Notes: a model not told the origin generated them from the letters alone. A stretch of DNA of 64,000 nt from Blastocladiella emersonii ATCC 22665 (GCA_025594325.1 JANHCV010000001.1:744001-808000); one strand, 5' to 3'; positions 47,047 through 58,016 are shown, counted from the stretch's first letter. Made by a program: numbers and translations.

Positions 47047-48418
47047 CAGATGCGAAGGGTGAGAACCGGTCGTTAATCAGATGAGTGAGGTTGCCGGGCA
47101 GCAAGTAGATGCCAGCGACCACCGAGAAATCAACAAAGAATGGTCGGACGCGGAAAAAGCACGGCGCCGGCGACAGCTCGAGAAGTCGAAAAGGGGTTGC
47201 AAACATGATGGGTTTGACGCGTTGAGTGCGCGCAGTTGCACATCGCCCTGCCGCTTCACACGTTCGAGGTCCGACGCCGAGTCCGACAGTCATGCATACC
47301 GCCGCCAGCTCGTCCTTGGGCACCGTGAAGAATCGGGCTCTGAAAAGTCTTGCGGGCAGTGTACCACTCGATCTCAATGAGATTGGTACACAGGCTCCAA
47401 CGCGCGTCGCCGGGTCGCGCTCACAATGAGTTGCGTTCCACTGCGTTCGAGGCCCTGTATGGCGATTCCGAGTCCCGTCACCGTCCAGGAAACGGTTCGA
47501 CGACGCAAGCGCACTTGCAGCGCGGTCTCGAGGTGCTTGAGACTTGTCGGGCAAGCGATTCGTTCCACCACCTGCATCCCATTTGCAAAAGCAGAAGCCG
47601 GTTGCAGCCGGAGCAACCTCGAGCGGAAGCACCGCGAAATTCAATCTCAGAGGGTTGGATTTGACACGGTTCCCGCCGGCGGACAAGGCGTTCGACGAGG
47701 CCGATACATGACGCGACGCCGACCAAGCGGACAGATCGCTGGAACAAGAGCAAGGAGTTCTAGATAGTGCGATGCATGGAGATATTTGCGAAAGAGGCCC
47801 GGAGCAAGTGTGAGGGGGGGGGAGGAGCTGCTGCTGCTGACGCGCGCGCGGGGGGCGGGGCAGCGAGCGGGGTCGCTCGGCCGGGAACGTGATGCACCAC
47901 TACGCCGACGTCGGTCGGGTCGGCTGTACCACTCACCGTGGTCGACTCAGCGCTGGCTTGTCGCGCATCGCGAAGGCTCGTTATGCGTCTCGAGCGGTGG
48001 CCCTGGACGCCGGCTTATCCCGTCAGCCAAGAGCGGAAGCTGGCGACCGTTCCTCGCTCACGCGCTCGCCGCTCGCGGCCGACCACCGCACGTAAGCTGC
48101 CCGCGCGAGGACGGGGTGGACTTCGTCGAGCCAGAAGTCCAATGACTGTCATGGTGATAGTGCTGCTTGAGAAGCGAGGTTTCGAGCGCTACAGCCGGCT
48201 CACGACGCGAGTCTTCGTCGCGTCGCTGGACCAGGTGGGAAGCGTAAGAAGCGCGTCAAAATGCCATCGACAAGCCGCAAGGGCGACAAGCTGCCAAGAC
48301 CGAGGCGACTCGAGAGAGAGAAAGGCGTGATAAAGAGACTCTGACTCGTATTCACACACGCGGGGACAACGAAAACGACACGGGGGAGGGAAGCGAATAC
48401 ACAAAAACAAACACACAC

Positions 48419-48447
<29 letters not shown>
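48419..48447 (+). repeat. (ACG)n microsatellite in the SKP1-like 3' region
   Basis: About nine consecutive ACG/CGA units visible. Confidence 0.8.
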
Positions 48448-48449
<2 letters not shown>

Positions 48450-48478
48450 CAGCACGAGCCGCGGCGCGACGTGCCGCC

Positions 48479-49027
48479 TTAGTTGTTGCTGTTGTTGGTG
48501 TTGGCGGCGTCGGCCCAGGCGAACTCGGCGCGGATCTTGACCTTCTCCTCCTCGGTGAGGTCGTCGGGGAGGTTGAACTTCTCGCGGATCTCCTCCTCGG
48601 TCTTGCACGCGTCGAGCATGCGGGCGAGCATCTTGCAGGCGAGGTCGAGCAGGGGCTTGATCTCGAGGTAGTTGGCGGCCAGCGTGAGCTCGATGATGTC
48701 CGACTGCGGAATGTCCATGAACTTGGTGTCCCAGTCGGACACGGGCGCCTGGCGCAGCGCCTCGATGGCCTCGTACTCGTCCTGGTCCGGGTCGGGCTCG
48801 GGCACCTCGTCGTCCACGTGGTGCTCGAGCCACTCGAGCACGCGCTTGAGGGCGCGCTCCGACACGTTGGGCAGCGGCACCTCCATGTCCTCGGCGCAGT
48901 CCTCGAGAATGTTCTTGAGCAGCACCGACTTGGCCACAATCGCGTGCGTCGTCGTCACCGTCTTCTTGTCCGACGTCACCAGGCGGACCTCGAGCGTGGC
49001 GGGGGCGGCGGCAGCAGAGTCAGACAT
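48479..49027 (-). CDS. SKP1: Skp1-family SCF adaptor, divergent, intronless
   Basis: SVLLKNILED, VPLPNVSERALKRVLEW, WDTKFM, ELTLAANYLEIKPLLDLACK, EEIREKFNLPDDLTEEE. Confidence 0.9.
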   Translation of the reverse strand: MSDSAAAAPATLEVRLVTSDKKTVTTTHAIVAKSVLLKNILEDCAEDMEVPLPNVSERALKRVLEWLEHHVDDEVPEPDPDQDEYEAIEALRQAPVSDWDTKFMDIPQSDIIELTLAANYLEIKPLLDLACKMLARMLDACKTEEEIREKFNLPDDLTEEEKVKIRAEFAWADAANTNNSNN

Positions 49028-49292
49028 GCTTCGTTGCGGGTGCGTGTCGATGCGTTGCAGCGAGTGTGGGCGAGATGCATGCGCTTGCGTGCTGGGCTGC
49101 GGGAGGAGGGGGGTGCGAACCGGCGGCGCCCGTTTTATAGCAGCGCTCGCTCCTTGCCGGCTTGCTCGCCGGCCGGCCGCGTCAGGCTCGAGTCACACTT
49201 TGCTGCACTGCTCGCCAACGCGTTCCTCGCGTACTCTGACCTCTCCTCCGGCAAAGTCGTGAAGAGGGGTATAACCGCACTGTATTCATCAC

Positions 49293-51045
49293 TCACACTC
49301 CTCTCGACGCGCCGCCGCCGCCGCTCACCCTCTCCGCGAGCCCGCGGTCGCGGCGGTACCAGCGGAGGTGCGACGCGGGGAGCGGGCGGCAGAGGACCCA
49401 GGCGAGGTTCGCGAGCGGGCCGCATCCCCAGACCCTGGACGTGCGGTGCCAGGGGTTGCGCCACGCTCGCTCGGGCCCGAACCGGACGTGTTCGTGGGTC
49501 GTGAGGTTGCGCAGGAGGAGGTACCAGTGGTAGCCCGTGAGCGGGAGGAGCGACAGGGCGATGATGGCGCCGACGAGCGCGAGGGCGAAGGCGACCGGGT
49601 GTGCGGCGAGGGCGCTGCCAAAGTCGCGCGGCGGGAAGACGGACGCGTTGTTGGCGTAGCGGACGAGCACGCCGATGCACTGGCCGAGGACCGCGATGTT
49701 GAGGAAGGCGGCGTGCGTGACGAACGTCACAAAGTACCGGTAGTTGCCCGCGCCGATGCAGTTGGACGTGTAGGGGCAGTGGTGGTCGTGGTTGGCGACG
49801 CAGTTGTCGCACGTCGAGCAGTGGAAGGTGCGCGGCCCGCGGTAGATCTTGCACGTCTGGCAGTACTTGATCTGGAACTCGCGGCCCTGGAACGCCGCGT
49901 CGACCGGGTCCGCGTCCAGCATCCGCTGCCCGCCGCCCTGGTGGTCGAAGACGAGGTGCGTGAACCGCGGCATGATCCCAGGGTCTGTTCGGAGGTGTTA
50001 GTCCAAGTCCGCTTCCTTGCATCGCAGCGGTGCCTGACAGCGTACCCGAGAGCGACGTCATCATGAGCGCGAGCATCGTGGTGACGTGGAGGAACACGGT
50101 GACGGCGATGAGCGCGACCGAGATGTCGTGCATGACGGCGGGCGCGACGAACACGTAGTACAGGACGGGGAGCACCGTGAGGAGGAAGATGGTGACCGCA
50201 AACGCGCGCCGGTCGTGCGCCGTGACAAAGATGCGTGTTCGGGGCGGCCGGCGTATCCTCCTTCTCCCTCCCGCCCCCGCCTCCTTGCTGAGCGACGCGG
50301 CCGCGCTACGGTCCTCGAGCGGCGGGATCCCGAACACCAGCCGCGCGCACGCGGACACGTCGTTGAGCGGCGGCTGTGCGCTGCCGCCGCCCGCGTCGGG
50401 CGGGTGGTCGACGCGCAGCGAGCGCACGCCGACGACGGCGTTGGCGCCCTGGAACGGGATCGCGGCGGGCCACCCGTGCTCCATGAGCTGCCGCATGTGC
50501 TGCTCGGACCACACCATGGGTGGGTCGAGCACCGCGGGCGATACCGCCGCCGCGAGCGGTTGTTGGGATGACGACGGCACGCTGCCGCTCGTCGAGTAGG
50601 CGGACCCGCCCGCGCCCGCGGCGTGCCCCGGTTTTGGTGGCGGCGGGGGTGGCGGCGCGGGCGGCTGGTACTGGTACTGCGCGGACGACGACCCGCGCGG
50701 CGGGCGCGACGGCGTACCCGAGGCCGAGTACGACGACGCGGGCGGGTGCGCGGGGATCGCAGATGGGAGCGGGCGGCCGAGCGGCGGTTGCCCCGTCAGC
50801 GGCGGCTGCGGCGCGCCGTGGACCTGGTTGTTGCCGCCCGCCGAGTAGTGACCGAGCGTTGGCGGCATGCTGAGCATCGGCACGTCCTCCTCGCTGGTAG
50901 CGGCGGCGTAGATGGCGCGGTGCCCGAGCGACGCAGGAGCAGCAGCACCGGAGGAAGCGGTCGCGGTCGGCAGCGGCGAGTAGAAGAGCGCGGACGGGGG
51001 GATGCCGCGATTCGTGGAGGAGCCGCCGCGTGCGGTCGGGATCAT
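49293..51045 (-). CDS. ERF2: DHHC palmitoyltransferase, Erf2/ZDHHC9-like (2 exons); start uncertain
   Basis: TSLS|DPGIMPR; KYCQTCKIYRGPRTFHCSTCDNCVANHDHHCPYTSNCIGAGNYRYF; four hydrophobic segments; TTHE motif. Confidence 0.85.
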
Positions 51046-51587
51046 GCCGCGCGGAGAGAGAGGGGGCGGGCGGTCGGGCGGGGCGGGCGCGCGACGACCG
51101 GTAGCGGTGGAGGTGGAGGTGGTGGTGGGGGCAGTGTGGCGCAGGCGAGGAGGGGGACGGGCGAGGCGGCGGCGGCGGCGGCGCAAGCCATGAGACGAGT
51201 CGCCGTCCGCGGTCCAGTGGTCGGCGGGCGGGTGTGGTCGAGCGAGCGGGTGTGGTCGAGCGAGCGGGTGCGTCGCGCCAGGCGATCGCTCCTCGATGGC
51301 GGCGGCGACGGCAGCGGTGGAGTGGGGTCGCGGCGGGAAGAGAGCGCGCGCGTGCGTGGAGGGTCGCAGGCGGGCGGGCGGGCGGGCAGGGCGGGCCTAG
51401 CGCGAAAGTTGCATGGAAGTGGTTGCTCGGTGCTTCCGAGAGGAGGAGAGAGCGAGAGCTTACGGCGGACCGGCGCAGCCCGGAGCAGACCAGACCAGCG
51501 TCGTCGCGCCGGCCACGTGAAGCGTGTCTCCCGATCACGCGAATGCCGATCCCCGCTTGGCCGCAATCGCGTCGCGTTCTTCATATA

Positions 51588-54500
51588 TTACACGTCGTCC
51601 TTCCTCGGCCCTCCCGGCGGCGACGACGTCAGGTACACGGCCTGGTGCGGGACCGCGCGCGCCCACGCGAGGACCGCGCGCTTATCGAACGCGGGCCCCG
51701 CGGCTCCCTGCTCGCGGCCGCGCGCGACCGTCGCGCGCCAGCCGCCGTCCTGCTTGTGCTGCCCGTCGTCGTGCGTCGTGATCCACGGCGCGCCAAACGC
51801 GGCGAGGTCGAGCAGCAGCACGCCGTGCGTGAGCGGGGACGCGTCAGCTCCGCTCCCGCCGCCGCCGTGGCAGAACAGGTGCACGACGCGCGTGGTCGCG
51901 GGCGGGAGCTCGATGCGCGGCGGGTCGAGCGCCGGGTCGAGGTGGACCGCCGGGTGGTCGAACCGCGCATCGCCTTCTTCCCTCCCCACCGCTACCGCGC
52001 CGTTGGCTGGGGCCGCGGGCATCCGGCCAGCCGCGAGCGCCGCGTCTGCGGCAAGGACCGCGCCGCGCTCGTCGGCAGTCAGCGCGTGCCACGCGAGGAT
52101 CCCGATGTGCGCCGTGACGCTGAACGGCGCGATGTTGGTGATCTCGAGCGGGACGGTCGGGGACGCGCCGAGCTGGACGACGCCCGACGCCGGGTTCCGC
52201 CGTGGCGTCGCGACGTACACGGGGCTCCCGCGGACCGACACGCGCGCGGGGATGGACAGGGTACCCCCGCCCGCGTGGTGCAGCGTCACGGTCCGCGCGA
52301 AATCGCCGGCGGCCGTCGCGACCGCCCACACGCCAACCTCCACAGACGCGCCCGCGGGCACCGTGCCCCACGGCGGGAACACGGCAAAGGCGGCCCCGCG
52401 TTCGCCGTTCGCCAGCGACCACGCCTGCTGCGCGAGCGCCATGGTGTCGGCGTGCGGGACGCCCTTGCGCGGGACGACCGCCGCCTCGTCGTCGTCAGTC
52501 CAAGCGGGCCCGCGCGCCGCACACTCGGGTGCCGCCATGAACTCGACGGGCACCGGGCTCGCGTTCGTCAGCACCACGCGCCGCTCCGTCCACCCGAACA
52601 GCGCGAGGGGGCCGTAGTCGAGGGTCGCCGTGTCGCACGTCAGCGCTGGGTGGACTGCGGTGCCGCGGACGCGCACGACGGCGGGCTCGGCGCCCGGGAC
52701 CGTGAGGATGAGATCCGCCAAGACCGGGCCTGCGCGGGAGCACGTCGCGACCACGTCGATGACCGCCGTCGCGCCGCCCGGGATCGCGACGCTGCGGCTC
52801 GACAGGTCAAACTCGAGATCGTCGCCCGCCGTGACGGTCCGGATCGCGACCTGCACCGGCGCGCGCGTCGGGTTCGTGATCTCGACCGGGACCGAGCGCG
52901 GCGCGCCGACCCACACCGGGTCGAGCGCCACGTCCTCGCGCACCTCGATCCGCGGGACGACCGCCGTGAGCGTGAACGGGACGACCGCTGCGACCTCCGC
53001 CGCCGGGGCGTGCCCGCGCGCCTCGTGGACGTGCGCCGTACACTGCACCGTGCCCCGCAGCGCGTCGACGGGGCGGACAGGGATGCACTGGACGCGGACA
53101 GCGACGGACGCGCCGGGCGCGAGAACACCCGCAGCGGGGTCGGAGCGGAACACGGCGTGCGTCGTCTGGGTGTGGGTGACGAGCGGGACCGCGGCGAGTC
53201 GCCAGTCGAGCGCGCGGCGCAGCGGGTCCGCGTTCGTCAGCGTGACAGTGGCCGTCTGCGTCTCTCCGAGCGCGAGCGGGCCGAACTCGACGCTCGGCGG
53301 GCTCACCTGGACCAGCGCGTCGGCCGCATCCACCACAACCTGCACGGGCACGCGCTGCTGCCACGCGGCGACGGTCCCCGCGGGATCCCCCGCGACGGCC
53401 TGCTCGACGATCACGCACCCGTTGACGGCACCCGGCCACGCGCCGCGGAGGTCGAGCGCGACAGTCCGCGTCTCCCCCGGCGCGAGCGGCGTCTCGGCCT
53501 TAGCGTCGACGACGCGGCACCGCAGGATGTGTTCGGGCACGTTCTCGATCCACCACCGCAGCGGGACCGACGCGGCCGACCGGTTCGTCACGGTGACCGC
53601 CGACGTGTGCGACGCGCCGACGCGCAGGGTTCCGGGGACCGACACGCGCGGCGGGTGCACGTCGATGGCGATTGCGGCGACGGTCGCGGTCAGCGAGAGC
53701 GTCGCGGCGTGGACCGGAATGTCGTCGCCCTCGGTGCTGGCGAGCAGACGCACGTGCGCGCGCGCGTGGAGCGGGCGCGGCGCGGTGCTCGTGACGGTGG
53801 CGACGACGGACGCACCGGGCGCGAGAACGCCGCGGCGCGGGGCGATGTTGATGCTCGGCGCGGCCGCCGCCGTGTGCGCGGTATCGAGCGCGCGGTCCGC
53901 GGCCGCGATCAGCTGCGACGCGCTGGCGCCGATCCGGTCCGCGTCCAGGTGCGCGAGCCGTGCCGCGGCGAGGGTCGCGTCGACGTCACCACTACCCACA
54001 TTATCCTCATCGTCGTCGTCGGGCAGCACGACCTCGTCCATGGCGACGGGCCCCCACGCGTACGCGACGGGCAGCGGGGTCGGGTTCGTGACGGTGACGC
54101 TCGCGCAGGCCGGGGTGCCAGGGAACCCGGCGAGGACGAGGGTCGCGGCGCTGAGCTCGAGCGCGGGCTCAGGCGGGACGCGCGCGACGGCGACCACGGA
54201 CGTGCGCGTGGCGCCGTTGTCGCAGTGGATTTCGAGTTCAAACTCGACGAGTTCCGGGAGCGAGTTGGGATCAGCGACCGTCCCCGCGTCCGTGTACGTG
54301 AGCGTGAGGTTGGCGTGGTTCCCGGGCCCGAGGTAGAAGCTCGCGGGCGAGACGGCTAGGGTGCCGGGTGCGCCGCCTCCGCCCGGGCCGACGACGGTGA
54401 GGGTAAACGACCCGGCGCCGCCCTCGTTGACGAGCCGGCGGACCTGCATGACGCTGGCCCCCTTGCGCGCGGGGCACGCGGGGAGGTCCACGGCGTCGGG

Positions 54501-55937
54501 CCACGCGAGGACGGGCGGCGGGCGGTGCGCCGCGACGGGGACGGTCAGCGTGCCCGTGGTCGCGCCCTGGTACTGCACGTCGATCGCGGCGGCGTAGTTG
54601 GCGAGCGAGTCGGGGCGGAACAGGATGTGGATCGCGATGCGCATCCCCGGCGCGAGTCGCACGGGGGTGCGCGGGGTCAGGTGAAAGACCGACGCGAGGC
54701 GGAGCAGCGGCGACCCCGGGTGGATCCCGACGGCCAGCGAGTGCAGCGACCGGTTCAGAATGTCGACGCGCGCCGCGTACACGGTGCCCGGCGTGTAGTT
54801 GGTGAACTGCACGGATGCGGGTTCGGCGGCGATCGGGACCACGCGCGGGACGAGGCCGCGCGGGGAGGCGGGGCGAGGGGGGAGCACCGTGCGGCTACCG
54901 CGAAGGGACGCGAGGGCGTCCTCGGACGCGGCGTCGAGGTGCTCGCGGATGCGCGCGGGCGGGGAGGGCGGGGCGCCGCCTCCAGGCGCTGTGCGGGACG
55001 TGCGGGCCGGGAAGGCGGTGAAGACGGGGCCCTGCGGCGGCGCGGCCTTGGTGATGGACGGGATGGGCGCAATGTAGGGCAGGATGAGCATGTTGGGGCT
55101 GCCGGCGTCGATGGCGGACTGGACGAGGTCGTCGTGGTCGACGAGCGGCGGGAACGCGTAGTCGCCACCCTCGTAAGCGCCGTCCGCGTAGCGGGTGAAG
55201 GAAAAGTCGTCCTCGCCGTCGTTCATGGCCTCGATCATCGAGTCGGTGAGGTAGTAGTTGCTGCTACCGTTGCCTGCATACTCCTCGCTCGATATCGCCG
55301 ACGACGGCGTGGTCGTGAGACTCTCCCCGCTCGCGACCGCCGAGTCCATCGTGTTCCCGCGCTCGGCGGGGAACGCGACGCCGGCGTGGCGCGTGGCGTG
55401 GAGCTCAGCGGCGATCGTGTCGAGGGCGTCCTCGAGCGACGCGATGGCGGTCTCGAGCACGTCGTGCTGGCGCAGGTGTTCGACCAGCATGGCCTGGACC
55501 GCGGGGTTGGAGTCCTCCTCGGCGATCAGGTCGCGCGACGCCGAATAGCGGGGCGAGGCGGCGGCAGTCCGGGCGCGGATCCCGCTGGCGATGCGGCCGC
55601 GCGGCGACGCGTGGCTGCGCAGCGAGGCGGCCGAGCGGTACGCGGAGTAGGGCGTGGGCGGGGTGCGGTGGCTCAGGACCGACTGCATCGACCCGCGCAC
55701 GCTGCCGACGACGCCAGACTGCAAGAGCAGGGCTACGTTCAGGGGGTCGTGAGACGGGTGGTTTGTCGAGACAAGGGTGGCCGTACTGCTGCGGTGCGAG
55801 GCGAGGCTCGCCTTGGACCCGCGCATGCTGCGTGGCGCATCGTCGAGTGCCGCCGCGGCGGGTGGGGCGTCGAGGGCGCCCGACGAGGGTGCGGCTGCGA
55901 GCGCGGCGGCGGGTGCGGGTGGTTCGGCAGCTTGCAT
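51588..55937 (-). CDS. DLEC1: DLEC1/CFAP81-like central-pair ciliary protein with repeated ASH/PapD-like domains, single exon
   Basis: VQFTNYTPGTVY...LAPGMRIAIHILFRPDSLANY...VPVAAHRPPPVL matches the recalled DLEC1 pattern; repeated Ig-like 'V.F..L.LG....TVTLTN' units. Confidence 0.75.
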   Translation of the reverse strand: MQAAEPPAPAAALAAAPSSGALDAPPAAAALDDAPRSMRGSKASLASHRSSTATLVSTNHPSHDPLNVALLLQSGVVGSVRGSMQSVLSHRTPPTPYSAYRSAASLRSHASPRGRIASGIRARTAAASPRYSASRDLIAEEDSNPAVQAMLVEHLRQHDVLETAIASLEDALDTIAAELHATRHAGVAFPAERGNTMDSAVASGESLTTTPSSAISSEEYAGNGSSNYYLTDSMIEAMNDGEDDFSFTRYADGAYEGGDYAFPPLVDHDDLVQSAIDAGSPNMLILPYIAPIPSITKAAPPQGPVFTAFPARTSRTAPGGGAPPSPPARIREHLDAASEDALASLRGSRTVLPPRPASPRGLVPRVVPIAAEPASVQFTNYTPGTVYAARVDILNRSLHSLAVGIHPGSPLLRLASVFHLTPRTPVRLAPGMRIAIHILFRPDSLANYAAAIDVQYQGATTGTLTVPVAAHRPPPVLAWPDAVDLPACPARKGASVMQVRRLVNEGGAGSFTLTVVGPGGGGAPGTLAVSPASFYLGPGNHANLTLTYTDAGTVADPNSLPELVEFELEIHCDNGATRTSVVAVARVPPEPALELSAATLVLAGFPGTPACASVTVTNPTPLPVAYAWGPVAMDEVVLPDDDDEDNVGSGDVDATLAAARLAHLDADRIGASASQLIAAADRALDTAHTAAAAPSINIAPRRGVLAPGASVVATVTSTAPRPLHARAHVRLLASTEGDDIPVHAATLSLTATVAAIAIDVHPPRVSVPGTLRVGASHTSAVTVTNRSAASVPLRWWIENVPEHILRCRVVDAKAETPLAPGETRTVALDLRGAWPGAVNGCVIVEQAVAGDPAGTVAAWQQRVPVQVVVDAADALVQVSPPSVEFGPLALGETQTATVTLTNADPLRRALDWRLAAVPLVTHTQTTHAVFRSDPAAGVLAPGASVAVRVQCIPVRPVDALRGTVQCTAHVHEARGHAPAAEVAAVVPFTLTAVVPRIEVREDVALDPVWVGAPRSVPVEITNPTRAPVQVAIRTVTAGDDLEFDLSSRSVAIPGGATAVIDVVATCSRAGPVLADLILTVPGAEPAVVRVRGTAVHPALTCDTATLDYGPLALFGWTERRVVLTNASPVPVEFMAAPECAARGPAWTDDDEAAVVPRKGVPHADTMALAQQAWSLANGERGAAFAVFPPWGTVPAGASVEVGVWAVATAAGDFARTVTLHHAGGGTLSIPARVSVRGSPVYVATPRRNPASGVVQLGASPTVPLEITNIAPFSVTAHIGILAWHALTADERGAVLAADAALAAGRMPAAPANGAVAVGREEGDARFDHPAVHLDPALDPPRIELPPATTRVVHLFCHGGGGSGADASPLTHGVLLLDLAAFGAPWITTHDDGQHKQDGGWRATVARGREQGAAGPAFDKRAVLAWARAVPHQAVYLTSSPPGGPRKDDV

Positions 55938-56386
55938 GGTGTGCGTGTCGCTACATGGCCTCGAGTGCGGGTCGCGCTGCTGGAGCCGACCAACGCGTGC
56001 TGCGTGTCTCGCGGCCGACGCGTCTCTCGTTCGGCACGCGTGGGTCACGCCGGCGCGCGGATCGCGGCCAGTGGGCGTCGCGGCACGTGCGCCGTGCGTC
56101 GAGCGCCACCTTTGCCGTTTCGCTCGTCCGGGTCCGCCGCCTGGTCCGCCTCCGCCGAGTCGTCCCTTTCGGAGCGCCCCCTCGACGCTCCCTCTCCCCC
56201 ACAACCCCATCCTTCCGCTCCCTGCGACGCAACGTAACGCCCGCTCATCGAGTCTGCCTGGTCCCCGCGCAAACGCACCGACCGCCTCGACTCGACCGAC
56301 GACGACGACGACGACTAGACGCCGCGCGCCGCGAGAGCAACCCCCACCGCACCCAACCGCCACCACACCCCCACCCCGCCGACAAG

Positions 56387-58016
56387 ATGCTGCAGCAAAT
56401 CTCCGAGTCGGTCGACATGCAGTCGCTCGAGACGGCGCTGGCGGCGGTGGCCGTGTCCGAGGAGCGCATCCAGGAGCTCGAGTCGCTCGATGCGGCGCAG
56501 CTGCGCGACCTGCTGCGCGACGCCTACGCCACCATCAACAAGAAGGAGCGCGACCTGCTGCTCGCCGCCGAGATTGGCCAGTCGCTGCTCGACGCCAACA
56601 ACGACCTGCGCCTGGCCCTGTCCGAGTCCGAGGACTCTGCCCCAGCCCGCGCCGCCGCCCGCACCCGCGCGCACCTCGCCGCCGCCGTCGGCGCCGGGTC
56701 GGGCGAGGCCGACGAGGTGCTCGCCAAGCTCGAGGCCCACAACCGCGACCTCGAGGCCCGCGTCGACTCCCTGGAGGCCGAGCTGCGCGAGTCGCGCGCC
56801 GCGCACCGCCGCGACGCCAAGCAGCTCGCCGTCGAGCTCGAGCGCGAGCGCGCCCGCGCCGAGGCCCTCGAGGCCCGCGCCAACGACGCCCAGGCCGCCA
56901 AGGAGAAGCTCGCCCGCGACAACATTGACCTCAAGGTCCGCCTCGCCTCGGGCGGCGACGCCTCGGCCGACCTCGCCGAGTTCCAGGACGAGCTGCTCTC
57001 CCTGCGCGGCGAGCGCGACGCCCTCGCCGAGGCCAACCAGCAGCTCGCCCTCCAGCTCACCGTCGCCGCCACCCAGGCCGACGAGCTCAAGGGCGAGCTC
57101 GACGAGTCGCGCAAGCAGGTCCGCGAGTTCCACGACCTCCAGGAGTCGTGGAAGTACCAGGCCCGCCACATCATCGAGCTGCGCGACCTCGTCGACGAGC
57201 AGCGCGCCCGCATCGCCAAGATCACGGGGGCCGCCGACGCCAACGCGACCGCCGGCATCGCCGCTATCCCCACCACGCGCTCCAGCGAGATCGCCGTCGA
57301 AAAGTCGCAGACCTCGCTCATCTCTGAGCTCGAGGCTGCCTGGGTCAAGGAGCACGGCGAGCCCAAGACGGGCTTCTCGGGCCTCATCGACGTACGTCTC
57401 TTCTTCTTTCGACCACGCTTCCAGGCTCGGCGGGTGGTGCTCCGTGTCCACGACGACGACGCACTCAATCCTCGCGAGCGGCCAGGCACCACCACCGCGT
57501 CGTCCCTCGACGCCGCCCGCCGCCGAGCCCTATACCCTCGTCATCTCGGCCGCTTCGCCGCCTCCGCCACCCTCGCCCCTGCACCGCCGCGTGGTCGCTA
57601 CCCCTGCCGACCCCGACTGCGTACTCATCCCTACATCCACTTCGGCGACTGTAGAGCATGCGCGGCCTGCTGCAGATCAACCTGCAATAACCGCCCCTCG
57701 CCCTCACCTCCGCCGCCGTCGCCGCGTGTCGGTCGGCTCCCGCTCCCCCACCTCCACCATCGCCCCCGCTTCTGTACAGTCTCGCGGCGGCGCTGGTCGG
57801 CCCTCCACCCCACCCTCTACCTCACCATCATATCCCCCGTCCGCGCTCCACCTCGCGCGCCTCGCGCTCGCCAACCTCCTCGTCAGCCTCGCCCACGTCC
57901 TGCAGGTCGCCCTCGCCGTCACCGTGTTCCCGTGCCTGCGCCGCCGCGCCCACCGCGCCGTGGCCGTGCGCGCGACGGAGCGGTCCGCGTGTGCGTGTGA
58001 TGTCGGCTGGACGTGA
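56387..58016 (+). CDS. CC1-box (TRAK/HAP1/BICDR-type) coiled-coil dynein-adaptor-like protein with predicted C-terminal membrane anchor (2 exons)
   Basis: KERDLLLAAEIGQSLLDAN; long heptad region; TSLISELE; intron 57392-57485; LALANLLVSLAHVLQVALAVTVFPCL near the C-terminus. Confidence 0.75.
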
